Source of the DNA: Macrostomum lignano
Lineage: Eukaryota
NCBI GenBank assembly: GCA_002269645.1
Contig: NIVC01001520.1
Coordinates: forward strand, 124,001-188,000
Direction: 5' to 3'
Length of the DNA stretch: 64,000 nucleotides
Position 1 is the first letter of the stretch. Each line of letters begins with the position of its first letter. Positions 1 through 12,531 of this stretch are shown one piece after another. The position numbers and the translations under genes are program-made. The notes below the pieces were generated by a model that saw only the letters and a list, made by a program, of their open reading frames with translations, was not told the DNA's origin and did not search any database.

Positions 1-2448
1 TATGGTACTTCCATCACTGGTCCTTTCTAATTTTAAAGAACTACCAATTACAAAGTGCTTAAACATTTCTTTGTTAATAAACATGTGTTGGTCTAGAGTT
101 AAACATGTGGTTATTGTTAAACTAAATAAAATAGTTATTTTTGCATCGAAAATTTGAATGATTTAATAAAAACTTTTAGAAAATAATGATTTGCAATATA
201 TCAACATGCTACATTTGTGATTTGCAAAAAAAGATTTGGAGGCCAATTTTCTAATGTTGATTCTGACTGTTTAGAAGTATATATAGAGATAATTTTTGGT
301 CAATAGGTATGTCAATATGTAGAATGTAGGTATGTAGAATATTTCAGCTAACTTAGTTTATGTGGGTCATTCTTGTAGCTTTACAAATGCTTTTACTACA
401 GCACTTATAGTAGTATAAGCATACTTTTATACTGCTAACTCATTTAGAATCAAAGATAATCTTCTAGCAGCCTTTAAAATAACAGTTAATAATTAAGAAA
501 AAGGTTAGGATAGCTACCAGTATAGTAAATGGCTACAATTTGATAGATAGACAAATGCATAAGACATTAAATAATTTGATTAATGCCTTTTACAATAGAA
601 AATTATAAGTATAGCCTCAAAGGAGAAGAGTAAACAGTCATAAAACATTCTTAGAATATATGCACTTGTCCTGTACAAACATTGAAATTAAGAAATACCC
701 TCCAAAAATTTCCTACAAATCATAAGTATAGCATTATAATATAGCCCTATTGCTAGTGGCCCTTATTAGAAAACTTGCAAGGAATTGTTAAGCAATGATT
801 TTAATTCTTTAAATTCTCTTGTTTTTATATTAGTTAGATTTAACAAAAAAATTTATAAACACAAATCAAATAAAGAACAAAATGAGAAGGCAGCTGTTAT
901 TTGTTTGGTTACTGGATGAATAGCAATGTGGTTATTTGTCTAGTTATTGGATAATGACCATGCTTTCCTATTCATCCGGTTAATACTAGACAAATAGGCA
1001 TTTTGTTATTTGTACGGTTAAATTGATAATGCTAAAATATCTATTTCACAGAAACTACAAGGGTAAATATTCCTAGACTACAGACTTCTTACTCATATCT
1101 TGATTATTATGTTGTTATACACCAATATTGCGTGTGTCTTATATACCAAATTATGCCAAATCAAATACATTGCTTTGTTTACACTACTGATACAAAAAAA
1201 TAATCAGTATATGAGAAAGGTCTTTTCTTATATACTGATTAATATTTTCTTAATTAGGCCTAGTCTAGTCGACAAATAACAATTGCCAAATGAGAATAGG
1301 CCTACTTATTAATCATAGAAAATTTAATTGAATGCCATTTTTAGGGCTGCAAAGTTAAGTGTATAGTGCATCAAAGCCTGAAGATATTGCCTATCTTCAG
1401 CTAAAAAAATGTTCATTATTATATTATATTGGATTTGCATTTTACACGTAGGCCTACTTTTTATGCTAAAACTTACTTATTTTATAACTTACTTCTGCTA
1501 AAACTTACTAAACTTAAGGCCTACTTACTTAAAAAGCCTATATTTTTGGGTGCCATATTTTTTTAAAAAGCCATTTCTATAAAAAATATAACATTGTTTG
1601 ATATGCTCATGGTTATGGCTATTATCCTGACCTAATAATAAATGAAAGCCACATAAATATTTTTAAAGTTTTTTTCTTTATCTATGAATTATTTTTGCTT
1701 TTCTTTCTAGTTTATAATATATTGTTTTTATTTATTCTTTGTAATAAAAGTTATTCATTTGGCAAATGATTTGCAAAAAACTATTCTTTATAAGTTTATA
1801 CAAATTTGCTTTTTATAGGCCTAGGCCAAAAAAATATTATTTATTAAAGGTGAACTTTACTTGCATGATTTTCTTACATAGATCTCTGCAATTTATGCCC
1901 CGGACTCGGACTATAAATTGCATTTTTTATCTTAGGCCTAGGCCTATGCTCAAAAAATACTAGGGCCTAAGATTAAGAAACCTTAGTCCTTATCTCAGTA
2001 GGCCTAAGGCTAGCTCGTAATTTAACCACATTACGAGCCGGAATAACGGTCGGAATATTCCGAGTTGGACAAAGTTTAAGAGATCCCAATCTTAACTTAA
2101 TATTATACACAGTAGTTACAAACAAATCAGGAATCCATGCAATCGATTTCTAGGTGCAGACTTTTGTCTATGATAGTTTAAAAGTAGGAGCCCGAGGATT
2201 TGGGATTTTGGCTTCAACTTAATAACGATGTTACGCTTGTATTGCCTTATCTTTTGCTTTGGGGCTCAGCATGCACTCAAGGCCATGAAGCCTGTGGAAA
2301 CTAAGTCTTTAAAATTAAATTCCACTCGACTTAAGATAACGTCGCAACGACGTAAAACCTGCAAAGCAATCATGGCTATGCTACGTACAGACAGTTTGTC
2401 TTTCTCATCAAGTGTAGAAGACTAGTACAGTAGTAGTACAGCATTTCC

Positions 2449-3426
2449 TTGTCTTCCTCAACTTTCTCGTCAAAGGTCTATGTGAGGAGCATATCACAAG
2501 GAAAACCATGGACAACGTACCTGATTCGCCGATACGCAAGGATTACCAGAGAAAAAAGATATCTTATCTTCTCAACTTGTCAGCATGGTAATGCAGCGTG
2601 GCTGGAGGAGATTTCTAGAATGTTGGATGTCAAGAGAACATCTGTGTACAACATTTGGGAACAATGTATTCAGTATGGAAAACGGTACGCGCTATCAAGG
2701 AGATGAGCAAGACATCATTGACTGACTAAAGGAGCACTAGCTTGCTCGTGAAGTTAAATGCGAACCCTATGGCGGCCTCTGTCAAAATGCGAGAAACTCG
2801 CAATTCCGGCAGATTAAAAACATTGAAGTCTCGACAAGTTTCTCGAACACTTAGACAAATTTTCACTACGAAACTTCTGTCTAGAGACGCTGGCGTTCTA
2901 GCTGAAGCTCGAAATTCTCTTGACGTCAAGCAAGAGTTGAGTTAGCTAATTTGGACGGTAAATTGGCCAAATGCGACTCACTTTGGTCCATCTGGATGAG
3001 ACTGCATCTAGACTCGGCGCAGTAAAGGAGGAGTCATGCAGCTGCGCGGAGCTAGAGTGAGATGCACCGTGCACACCCAGGTAAGTCCATCACTGAATCT
3101 TATCATTAGCCGCATTCGCCTTCGATGAACCTATAGGCTATACTATAGTCTCGATGCTATACTATTAACACGCAAAGAGTCCAGGAATTTGTGAGCACGC
3201 GCTGTGTGAGCATGGCAGGTTGCTGCAAATATGCATGGAAGAGAATCAGTCGTGCGTCGTTTTGCTGGATGGTTCTCGTGAGAATTGCAACTATACATAT
3301 AGTAGTGTAGGTGCCCAACTAGTCGTTGGTTGCATTAGCATTTGCCTCCTTATTACATGTATACTCGCCTTTCCTAAACCCTGTCAACTGGCCCACAGTG
3401 CCTTCAAACGGTCAAGAGGCAGCTAG
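2449..3426 (+). mobile_element. Decayed IS630/Tc1-mariner-like DDE transposase relic
   Basis: HTH-like N-terminus (EEISRMLDVKRTSVYNIW), second HTH-like piece (NPMAASVKMRE...VSRTLRQ..RNSLDVK), LVHLDET (first catalytic D, near 2985-3005), CVVLLD, and the family motif LPPY|SPFLNPV split by a tacatgta insertion at 3354-3361. Many stops and frameshifts; TIRs not found. Confidence 0.7.
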
Positions 3427-3925
3427 CTGTCCAGTCCAGAAGTGCAGCGAGAATTTGCATCTCCACTTCCTGAGGGTTGACTGCAGTTGAATGGAGGCTG
3501 ATGATCCCTTATTTAGATGCGAAGAAATGCAATGGATGACGTGTCTCAAATAAGTACATGTACATGTATAGGTACAGTACATGTGGCTCCCTCCACTTTA
3601 TCCCGCGCTATCTCGCCAAATATAGACATCCACGCTCTATCCGAGTTTTGCTGTCCTAATCACGCGAATCGAATCACGCGATGATTACTGTTTGAAAAAC
3701 ATTTTGTTAATTATAACCCCGGCTGTGATGTTTCTCTTGCCCGATAGCGCATAAATGTTTCATTGCCAGTAAGAAAATTGTCAGAATTGACTGCATGCCC
3801 CGTGTCTTAACTGGATTTCTAATCAGTGAATTTTGTTTTATAAATGGTCGCAGTTTAAACTATATAGACAGAAAAATTCTATACTGCAGGTCTGCATATG
3901 CTAAGTCAGAAAATGGGCATCTAAA

Positions 3926-4129
3926 CAAGGACAACTTAATTAATCAGGACGGAAGTCTGGCAACAATAGAAGCTGCATAATATATTACATCTTGTACTAA
4001 ATTGCCATCTCAATTCAAGTAGGCTTGGCCTACAATGGGGCCTACAATGCTTTTAAACGAGCGAGCCTCATATACTTTTCTATCATGAATCGTGTGGGAC
4101 TCCCATCCTAAGTGATTAAGTTGTCCTTG
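3926..4129. mobile_element. hAT-type MITE (204 bp)
   Basis: 15-bp TIR caaggacaacttaat / attaagttgtccttg; 8-bp flanking direct repeat catctaaa/catctata (1 mismatch). Confidence 0.65.
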
Positions 4130-4731
4130 CATCTATAAGGTTAAAAGCCCATAGAATAACGATTGGTTGGGCCATAGACGACACACTAAAATTTCTGACT
4201 AAGAAATCCCGACGGAGAGACAGGCAAAACTGGAATTTGGCACCTTTTGCATGCCTAAACAATCATACGAGAGATCCTATACTGAAAGCATCATGAAAAC
4301 ACTTAACGCGACGCTTTTAATACTTTAAAGTGTACGGTAGTCGGTACATGTATGTATATACATGTTAGTACGTACATGCAGGATATCAAACAAAGGCACA
4401 CATTTACAGAGTTTAAATTAACTTTGGACAAAAATACAGTATACGCACATCAGGTTACGTTTTAGGAACTTGAGATCGCTTGATATAAGCGACGTCTCTT
4501 TTTTGCATGCGGATATGATTAGTTCTCTTTGTGTAGCTAGAATAAATAAACTATCCATTCATATTGGACTTTGATTGACTTTGGCTTGCTGTCAGCAGTT
4601 CGTCTGCTCGGTGGTCTGATTCCTGACGTCCGCGATCGAGGACTTGCGGTGTTCTGCATTGGGTATGCCTGAGATTACCCAACCTTCTGTGAGGACAGAT
4701 CCTTGCAGTCCGAGGCCAGCTATACCTAATT

Positions 4732-7700
4732 ATTTGCACCTTGGTGCAAAGTAAATGCCGCTACCTCCAAGTGGTCAGGGCGGTGAGCCGCGCTTAACTG
4801 CTGCGGCGGCCAACAGCAGCAGGACCAATCGAGGGCAGCGGAGCGAGCGTCGGCGTGTTGAGCGTCGCCGTGAGCGAAATCGGCGCGGTCGGCGACGTGG
4901 TGCTGCTGTGCTGGCCCATACGGATCTTCTGGGTGGCGCCAGGACCGAGAGGCTCATCTACATGTACATCGAGGCCCAGCCGTACCCAGGGCACGTTTCG
5001 GGTCGGGACGCTGAACTGCGGCACGCTCAAGGCCGCCTGGCGGAGAGGAGCTCTGGCAAAACTAGCGCACGACCTAAGCTGTGACGTCATCGCACTGCAG
5101 GGGGTGTCTATCAAGGCTGATCCGGGGCTTCACTGTGAGGATCTGGGCGCCGGATGGACCCTCTACTACACATCGGCGGACCAACGAGGCCGTGGAGGAG
5201 TTGGAGCGCTGGTCGGACTGAGGCTGTAGCCTTAGGCTGAGGCTGTAGACGAGCTGTCGCTGCGTCTCTCTGTCCCCTCGGCTGCTCCGGGTCGACGTTC
5301 GGCTTCGCGGCCGGAACGCTCGTCTGTTCTGCGCGTACGCGCCTCCTGCCACCCGACCTGACGAGGCTCAAGAATTCTTTGAGCAGCTCTCGGTACAGGT
5401 GGAGGCAACGGCGCAGCGTGACACAGTGATAATCCTCGGAGACCTGAACGCGGTTTTGCGTAGGTCCGAGTGGTCACTGTACGTCACACCACGTGAGAAC
5501 GGCAACACAGGAGCGCTGGAGGCTTCCTAGAGAGGCAGGACATGGTGTTGGCCAACACCCGCTTCCGCAAGCCCCCTGGCAGGCTCGCGACCTTCGTGGG
5601 CTGCAAGCGGAGGCGGAGGAATGCGCGCGGCCGGAACGCAACACGGAGGCAGGCACAGCTCTATCATGTGCTGGTACGCTTCCACGAGCGCTGCCGCGTC
5701 GTCAATTGCCGCGCCATCATGCCGCTGGCTCTGCGGTCTGATCATCGACTCCTCGTCTGCGACCTTCTTCTTCGCGATCCGCTTTACCGTCCGCCAAAGC
5801 GGCCACTACCGCGCGCTCAGGGACGCCAACACGCACAGCCGCTTTGCTAGCGCTTTCATCACTGCGCTCGGCGGCAAGCGTGGAGGTGCCGATTACGCGG
5901 AGGTGTGCGCTGCAGTTCGAGCCGCCGCGGAACAAGTAGTCCGGCTGATGCGACCGGCCCAGAAGGAGCAGCCGGTATGGCAAGACGACCCCGCGATTCG
6001 GCTAGCGAGGGAAGAGCTAGAGAGACTCTGTTTGAGCAGGCGACCAACACGCGAGGCAGAGGAGGCCTTGGCGGCTGTCTATCTGCAGCGCCAGCAGGCT
6101 GCTGTTGATTACGCCATACGGGCCGTCTCTGCCGCTGGGCCCGATGCCAGAGGCCGTGTGGCCTGGTTGGCTATCAATGCTCGGTGCATTCCTCTAAACC
6201 TGGCAGGCGACTCTGCGGACGAGCGCAGGAACGAGCTGCGTGAGTTATTCGCTGCCATTGTCAACGCGCCGCCACCGCCGCTGCCAGACAGTCTGACGCT
6301 GCCACCGGAGATGCCGTTGCCGGCAGAGGAGAGCTTCAGCCTAGCACCAGTCAGCACAGCCGACGTTGTGAGGCTCGCCCAACAGTCACCGGGCAGGAAA
6401 GCGCTGGGTCCGGACGAGGTGCCGATAGAGGCGCTGCGCATCCACTGTGTGGCCAGTGAGGTCGCCAGAGTGATGAATCGCGTGCTCTTCGGTGAGGAGG
6501 CACCCAACGAATGGACCACGGCGGACATCGTCGCAGTTCCTAAGAAGCCGGGCACCACGAGGCTTGAAGAGCATCGAGGTATCTGCCTTCAGTCCTGCGC
6601 TGCGAAGCTGTTCAACGGGATGCTGTTATCGCGGTTTCAGCCGGGGTTGGATCCGTACCTGCGTCCTGAGCAGAACGGGTTCCGGCCCCATTGCGGCACA
6701 GTGACGCAGATCCTGGCTCTTCGGTGAGTTATCGAGAAAGCACGGATACGCCAGTCGATCCTGATTGTTATCTTCATAGATTTCAAGAAGGCATTCGACT
6801 CGGTCGTCAGGTCTGTGCTCCCAAAGGTGCTCCGTGCGTACAACGTGTCAGAGCAGCTGATTTCCGCCATCATGGCAATGTACCGTGAGACGAAAGCTGC
6901 TGTTGCAACACCGGACGGCCTATCGGACTTCTTTGAGACATCCTCCGGGGTGCTTCAGGGAGATACGCTTGCGCCGTTCCTGTTCGTTCTGGTGCTTGAC
7001 TGGGTGCTGCAGACCGCTCTTTCTACCAACGACGACGGCTTTCTGTTGCGGCGACGCGTGAGTCGACGTCAACTGGAGAGGCGACTCAGCGTGCTTGGCT
7101 ACGCCGACGACCTAGCCCTGCTGTCCTCAACTGTCAAGGGCGCCCAGCGACAACTGGACAAGCTAGTTGCTGTTGCGGCGAGTGTCGGCCGTCGTGCTGG
7201 GCACCGTCGTGCTCTGCGTGCCGGGCGACATCGAGGCTGTAATTTTATTCCGAGGCGCTGATGGACAGGCGACAGAGCTTCCGCGTTGTCAGCAGTTCGT
7301 CTACCTCGGCGGTCTGGTTCCCGGCGTCCACGAGGATCTGCGGCGTCGCCGCGGGCTTGCCTGGGCTGTCCGAGGCCTTAGCTGACCGCCAGAGGGCGGC
7401 GTTGGTCGAGACCGTCCTGCTGTACAACGCCGAGACATGGACGCTGACCGAGTCGCTCGAGCAGCAAGTTGACGCGGTGCACGCTGGCCTGCTGCGCGCC
7501 GCCTTCAAGATCGGCTACGAGCGAGGGACCAACGCGGCTTTGTATCGCCGCGCCGGCCTGGTCCGTCCAAGCGACCTGTTGCGCCGTCGGCGACTCCAGC
7601 TGGCAGGCCACATCATCCGCGCCGAGTCGTACTGCCCAGATCCGATGCAGGAGGTGCTGCTGCTAACGCTGCAGGCACCCTACTGGCGGGGGCAGGCGCG

Positions 7701-7836
7701 CACTGGGCGTTTCGTCGACTGCCTGCTGGCTGACGCCGGCTCCCCGGATTCGGCCGGCGGCGTGGCGTTCATTCGCGACCTGGCCTTGAAGCGCGCCTGT
7801 GACGCTAAATGCGTATTCTGTTGTTCTGTTGTTTTT
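4732..7836 (+). mobile_element. Non-LTR retrotransposon (RTE-like LINE), APE endonuclease + RT, inactivated by stops/frameshifts
   Basis: APE motifs FRVGTLNCGTL, DVIALQ, IILGDLNA, SDHRLL; RT motifs KALGPDEVP, PEQNGFRP, IDFKKAFDSV, GVLQGDTLAPFLF, YADDL; T-rich simple 3' tail; tatacctaatt at 4721-4731 and 7837-7847 as candidate TSD. Confidence 0.9.
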
Positions 7837-8211
7837 TATACCTAATTGTTGTTCTATAGGCGGCGATCGAGACGGTCTTTACAGCTAACTGCTTTACAGC
7901 GCCGAGACTTGGACGCTAATCGGACAGGTTAAACGTGGCGTACGCGTATTCTATTCGTATTCGGATGTCACAGTTTGTCCTTCAATAGTCTGATTGGGCA
8001 GTAGCTCGTACTCTTTGATAATAAAAGCCAGAAATCTACGTCAATTGCAATACTTGGTAGGGAGCGGCTATTATTTTGATACTACAAACTAGTGAGCATG
8101 CACTCCAAATCAATATTGCAAGCATCTAATGTTGTAATTTTTCGCAAGTGTAATTTTTAAGCTATAGTCCAGTTAAACAACCAATTTAAAGTCAGAAACT
8201 GAAGCCGTGCA

Positions 8212-8709
8212 TCAGCCGGGCCGGCAAAACCCCGCATCTAAAAGAATCAACTCGTAGCGAAAGAAATCTCTTTGAACTATTGTCAGGCCTAGTTTGGCCT
8301 CGAACATTTCGCTGTAATTATCATCCACCTTGAAGCCGGTGACCATATTAAAGATGATCTCACTGCCACCTAGCACGTAGAACTCTTGGCTGCTAGAGAA
8401 CCCTTTGACCCAGCCGCCGTGCACGTGATAATGAGAATTTTTAATGCAGTTCCTGCGGATCATGTCCCAGGAACCTGAGTAGAATATTTCATTAAAGCAT
8501 ATTCTAAGATGATATTCGTTCCATGATTCTTCTTTTATCCAGAGGCGTTGATGCACGACATTCAACCTGCTGCTGCGGTTGCAGCTTCTTATTACGCTAG
8601 AATCGCTCAAGCCGTCGTTCAAGCTGCCTCCGATGCACACTGACACGCAGCAAACAATGCAGCTGGTCGCACAGAGCCATGGCCGGATTCGTCCCAGAGA
8701 CTTGGTTTC
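8212..8709 (-). CDS. Small secreted protein, family paralog A (main coding exon; start exon not identified)
   Basis: Phase-0 acceptor ttctcgggcag|GAA at 8709; hydrophobic leader (WLCATSCIVCCVSVCIGG); FNEIFYSGSWDMIRR, GGWVK and YEL..LDAGFC motifs align with paralogs B and C; stop at 8212-8214. Confidence 0.7.
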   Translation of the reverse strand, partial: ETKSLGRIRPWLCATSCIVCCVSVCIGGSLNDGLSDSSVIRSCNRSSRLNVVHQRLWIKEESWNEYHLRICFNEIFYSGSWDMIRRNCIKNSHYHVHGGWVKGFSSSQEFYVLGGSEIIFNMVTGFKVDDNYSEMFEAKLGLTIVQRDFFRYELILLDAGFCRPG

Positions 8710-8806
8710 CTGCCCGAGAAAGCGTAATGGGGCGGACAGAGAATACAACTTGCCTAATAAATAATATGCTGCGTTCTGTAGTCTTAGTTGTCGCGACCAA
8801 GGACTG

Positions 8807-8942
8807 CTCAAGTAGGACGGAAAACTACGTTTCTTGGAAAACTTTAGGAGGCAGATTTCACCGAGAAAAACGCACTCAAGTAGGACGGAAAACTACGTTT
8901 CTTGGAAAACTTTAGGAGGCAGATTTCACCGAGAAAAACGCA
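8807..8942. repeat. 68-bp tandem duplication (2 copies)
   Basis: ctcaagtaggacggaaaactacg...gagaaaaacgca at 8807 and 8875. Confidence 0.9.
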
Positions 8943-9823
8943 TTACGAAGAAGGGAAATTTTTTTTCGTAACAAAATTGTTACTTTTGATAGAATGGAGG
9001 CCTTGTGTTCAACCTTTAATATGTTTTGCCTTTCTTATGGCTCTATTGATATTCATTCAGATTTTTGTCTAAAAATTATAAAATTTTTAGTTTTTTTGAG
9101 TCTAAAAAGTCTAAAAAAACTTTTGACTAAAATCATAAGGAATAGCACAAATCGACTCATTGTTGGTTTTATGAATCAATTTTATCATTCTTAGCAACTA
9201 ATGACTGTAACAAAATGTATATCAGAATGCTAAAATAGATCCCTAAAGTCAATGAGTCGAGTTTCGACATTTTTATTATTTTTAGGCATTGAGGGCGTGC
9301 TATCCATGGTAAATAATTGACAAGGACTACTAAAGTAAAGGGACTCTCAAACCAATTGTAACAATGAATTAAAGGCCCAAAAGCAACGACAACAACACCC
9401 CCTGGGATTTACTCCCAGCCTGCTGTGTAACCAGCAGGCCCTATCCGGCGCCGCGTCTTTGTCGCGGGGGGGAGGCAACGCCCGTTCTTCGGGCGGCGAA
9501 GAGCGCCGGGAATCGGTCACCGCTCCTGGCTCAGGGGCGGTGAGTGTGGCTCTGTCCGGCCCTCTGTGCTCAGCCTTTGTCGCTGGCTCTGTCAGCGGTA
9601 GGGGTTTGGTACCTGGTCCGGTTATTTCGAGCTCGGTCCGCAGTCAACAACAACGGCAACAACAATGGATGAATAATAGGCGGTTTACTGTTTATTTTGA
9701 AATACTCATCAATACACTTATTCAAAAGTTTGCAAATTGTGCCCGTGAAGCTTAAAGTATCGCTTATGAATTCGTGATAAGTCGGTTATAGCAATAGAAT
9801 TATTACAAGCGATCTTCATCGCC

Positions 9824-10982
9824 TTACCAGGGCGACAGGCTTGTAAAATTCATGCACCAGGAGTCCAGCACAGCCGTGTACTCGTACTCAAGCGGCCCCA
9901 ATGAGAAGATATTTTTGTCAAGCCTCAGATGGCCTGCCATGTTGCCCTGGCTGCCGAGATCATCGTATTCAACGTGAAACTCGCTGCCATCCACCACCCG
10001 GTACTCCGTGCTGTCAACCAGAATGTCAATATGCCCGAATCGCTCACAGCTGCGGCTGCCGTCCAGTCGACGCCAGCGAATCATATCCGTTGAGCCGAGC
10101 CTGAAGAACTCCTTGAATGCCACAGCCGCACTGACGCCACCCCACCAGGGGTTGAGCACCGAGACGCGCTGGTTGGCCAGCTTCCACAGCCGTCGACCGT
10201 CGCAGATGGTCACAGCGGCCAACTGTTTCGGACTGTTGTCGCCGGCATTGGCCAAGACTGCCCAGCTGATGACCAAGTGCAGGCTGCAGATGGACCCGAT
10301 GCTGCAGGCCAGGCGTCGCTGGCGGCAATCGAGTATCGAATGTTTATTTATGCACTTTTATGGGGAGGTGTCAGCGCGTTTTTTGAGCATTTTTTTTTGG
10401 GGGGGGGGTCAACTTAAAAGACGTCGAATAGAAACGTGGAGACATCGCATCGGGGTCTCTTCCATTCTGAAATTCTTCTTCTTCCATTCTGAAGTTAGCA
10501 CAGATGCATTCCCATCTCCTGACACCCTGTTAGCACAGATGCATTCCCATCTCCTGACACCCTGTTAGCACAGATGCATTCCCATCTCCTGACACCCTGT
10601 TAGCACAGATGCATTCCCATCTCCTGACACCCTGTTAGCACAGATGCATTCCCATCTCCTGACACCCTGTTAGCACAGGTGCATTCCCATCTCCTGACAC
10701 TCTGTTAGCACAGGTGCATTCCCATCTCCTGACACCCTGTTAGCACAAGTGTATCTCCATCTCCTGAAACCCTGTTAGCACAGGTGCATTCCCATCTCCT
10801 GACACCCTGTTAGCACAGATGCATTCCCATCTCCTGACACCCTGTTAGCACAGGTGTATCCCCATCTCCTGACACCCTGTTAGCACAGGTGTATCCCCAT
10901 CTCCTGACACCCTGTTAGCACAGGTGTATCTCCATCTCCCTGGCATTCGTGAGACGCAGTCAACAACCAAGCTGCTTACCAT
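9824..10982 (-). CDS. Small secreted protein, family paralog B; exons 10982-10980 (ATG only) and 10318-9824
   Basis: ATG|gtaagc donor at 10979; in-frame acceptor gccgccag|CGA at 10318; gives MRRLACSIGSICSLHLVISWAVLANA (signal-peptide-like) followed by the domain shared with A and C. Confidence 0.8.
10493..10940. repeat. 35-bp minisatellite (~12-13 copies) in the paralog B intron
   Basis: Unit ttagcacagatgcattcccatctcctgacaccctg. Confidence 0.95.
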
Positions 10983-11186
10983 GCAGAGGCTTCGAGTATC
11001 CGAGCACGAAGACGAGCTGTTGTGTTGATAATCGATATGATCGTTCCAGTTGAAAAAACTTGAACGAGAGAATTGAACAAGAGTGCAGAATTTTATGAAC
11101 TTTTCGCTTAGTTTGCTGCTACGTGTATACAGAGTATTTTATTATATAAGTCTACTTGAGCCATAGAGAGGTAACTAATGTTCAAC

Positions 11187-11223
11187 CAAGGACAACTTGA
11201 TAACAGTTATCAAGTTGTCCTTG
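11187..11223. mobile_element. 37-bp hAT-type element consisting only of two TIRs
   Basis: Perfect 18-bp inverted repeat caaggacaacttgataac-a-gttatcaagttgtccttg; perfect 8-bp TSD tgttcaac (11179-11186, 11224-11231); ends match the MITE at 3926-4129. Confidence 0.8.
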
Positions 11224-11909
11224 TGTTCAACTTAAAGCGTAAGTAAAAGTTTATAGTTCATAGCCATCCATTCGGAATATGGTAAATAATTATTTAATTA
11301 GCTAAATGTATTAATCCTAGTTATTACATTAAGTTAATCCCACAAGATACACCCAGAATGCCCAATCAGCTCGCTTATCTGAGTCGCGATGCAACAGTAC
11401 TCGTATGGAACGCAACAGTATTGCGGCGGCAGCCGATGGGAAATAGCAAATGATTGAAGACAAGATCGATCCAAAAAGTAATGAGTTGAAGGAATATATG
11501 AGAGTATTGAACTCGGCGAGCCGGCGTTTTAGAGCAAGGAGTTTTTTGTCCTTGTTGGCAACTCAATGATATGCACGATCGATGTCATTACTACAGAAGT
11601 ATCTAAACTAACATTTGGACACGTCTATAGAAATGCACTTCAGCTCTACTCACAAATCGCTTCACCCCAGGAGTAGCATGTCATGAATATATTTTTTGCC
11701 ACAGGTTTTTTATGCAGAGGGGTCGATTCAGCATTCTGGTGTATTCTGTGGTTAATACTGATTAATAAATCTGGTTAACGCTATACTGATATGTAATGTA
11801 CTAATAGATGTTAGGCTGTTAAAATGTGCAATTCGAGAAATTTAATGTATCTTATGTAGGCCTTGGAGATTCTAGATAGACATTCTCCTCGTTTCAGTTC
11901 GTTATTGAA

Positions 11910-11999
11910 ACGTATCCCACGAATGCAAGGAGCGGAGAATATTGACTAGATTCGCGGAGATTATGAGTATTCTCCGCTCCCTGTATTCGCGGGACACGT
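11910..11999. repeat. Foldback / small MITE-like inverted repeat (32-bp arms)
   Basis: 11910-11941 vs reverse complement of 11968-11999: 28/32 identical. Confidence 0.7.
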
Positions 12000-12531
12000 T
12001 TTGTCTATGGTAGAAGAAAGTGTTCAATCAACCTCACTCTGGCTCAAGGCGTTAATTTTATTGCCTATGGCAGCAGAGGTTACTTAGTGAGAATCTCCGC
12101 CAGAAAAAGCACTAGCGATATAGACAAGGAGTACAGGCAAAGTGGGATACATTTCGACAAACAGCTCGGCTGCTTTAACGGGGGCACATCTTCAACTTCA
12201 AAGCGGCTATATTCTAAACAAGATAACAGAGCAGGTGACAGAACCAACCGAATTGTTGCTGTTGATGTTGTTCCGAACAAACTAAATGCACTGTTGCGCA
12301 ATCCAACGAATTTACCAGAAGGTCGTGGGGTACTCCAATTAACTTCCGCAGGTGTCTGTAACGACAATTTGAAAGCAGCACCATGACGCAACGATAAGGC
12401 ACGTGGTGACAAAGCCGACCGAACTTAGTATATAACAAGTTGTGTCAGGCAGGATAGATAACTACTGTATCAAACCAGTTGTCTTGTGCTCTGTACTGCA
12501 TTTCTCTCAACTTTGAAATCTATCCAGCATC

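Noticed and set aside
9430-9660. GC-rich island between paralogs A and B, possibly a retroelement end
   Set aside because: No TIR, TSD or coding motif found to classify it.
12080-12412. ORFs on both strands, faintly like a P-element/THAP9 transposase segment (IHFDKQLGCFNG)
   Set aside because: Too short and no further motifs; cannot support a call.
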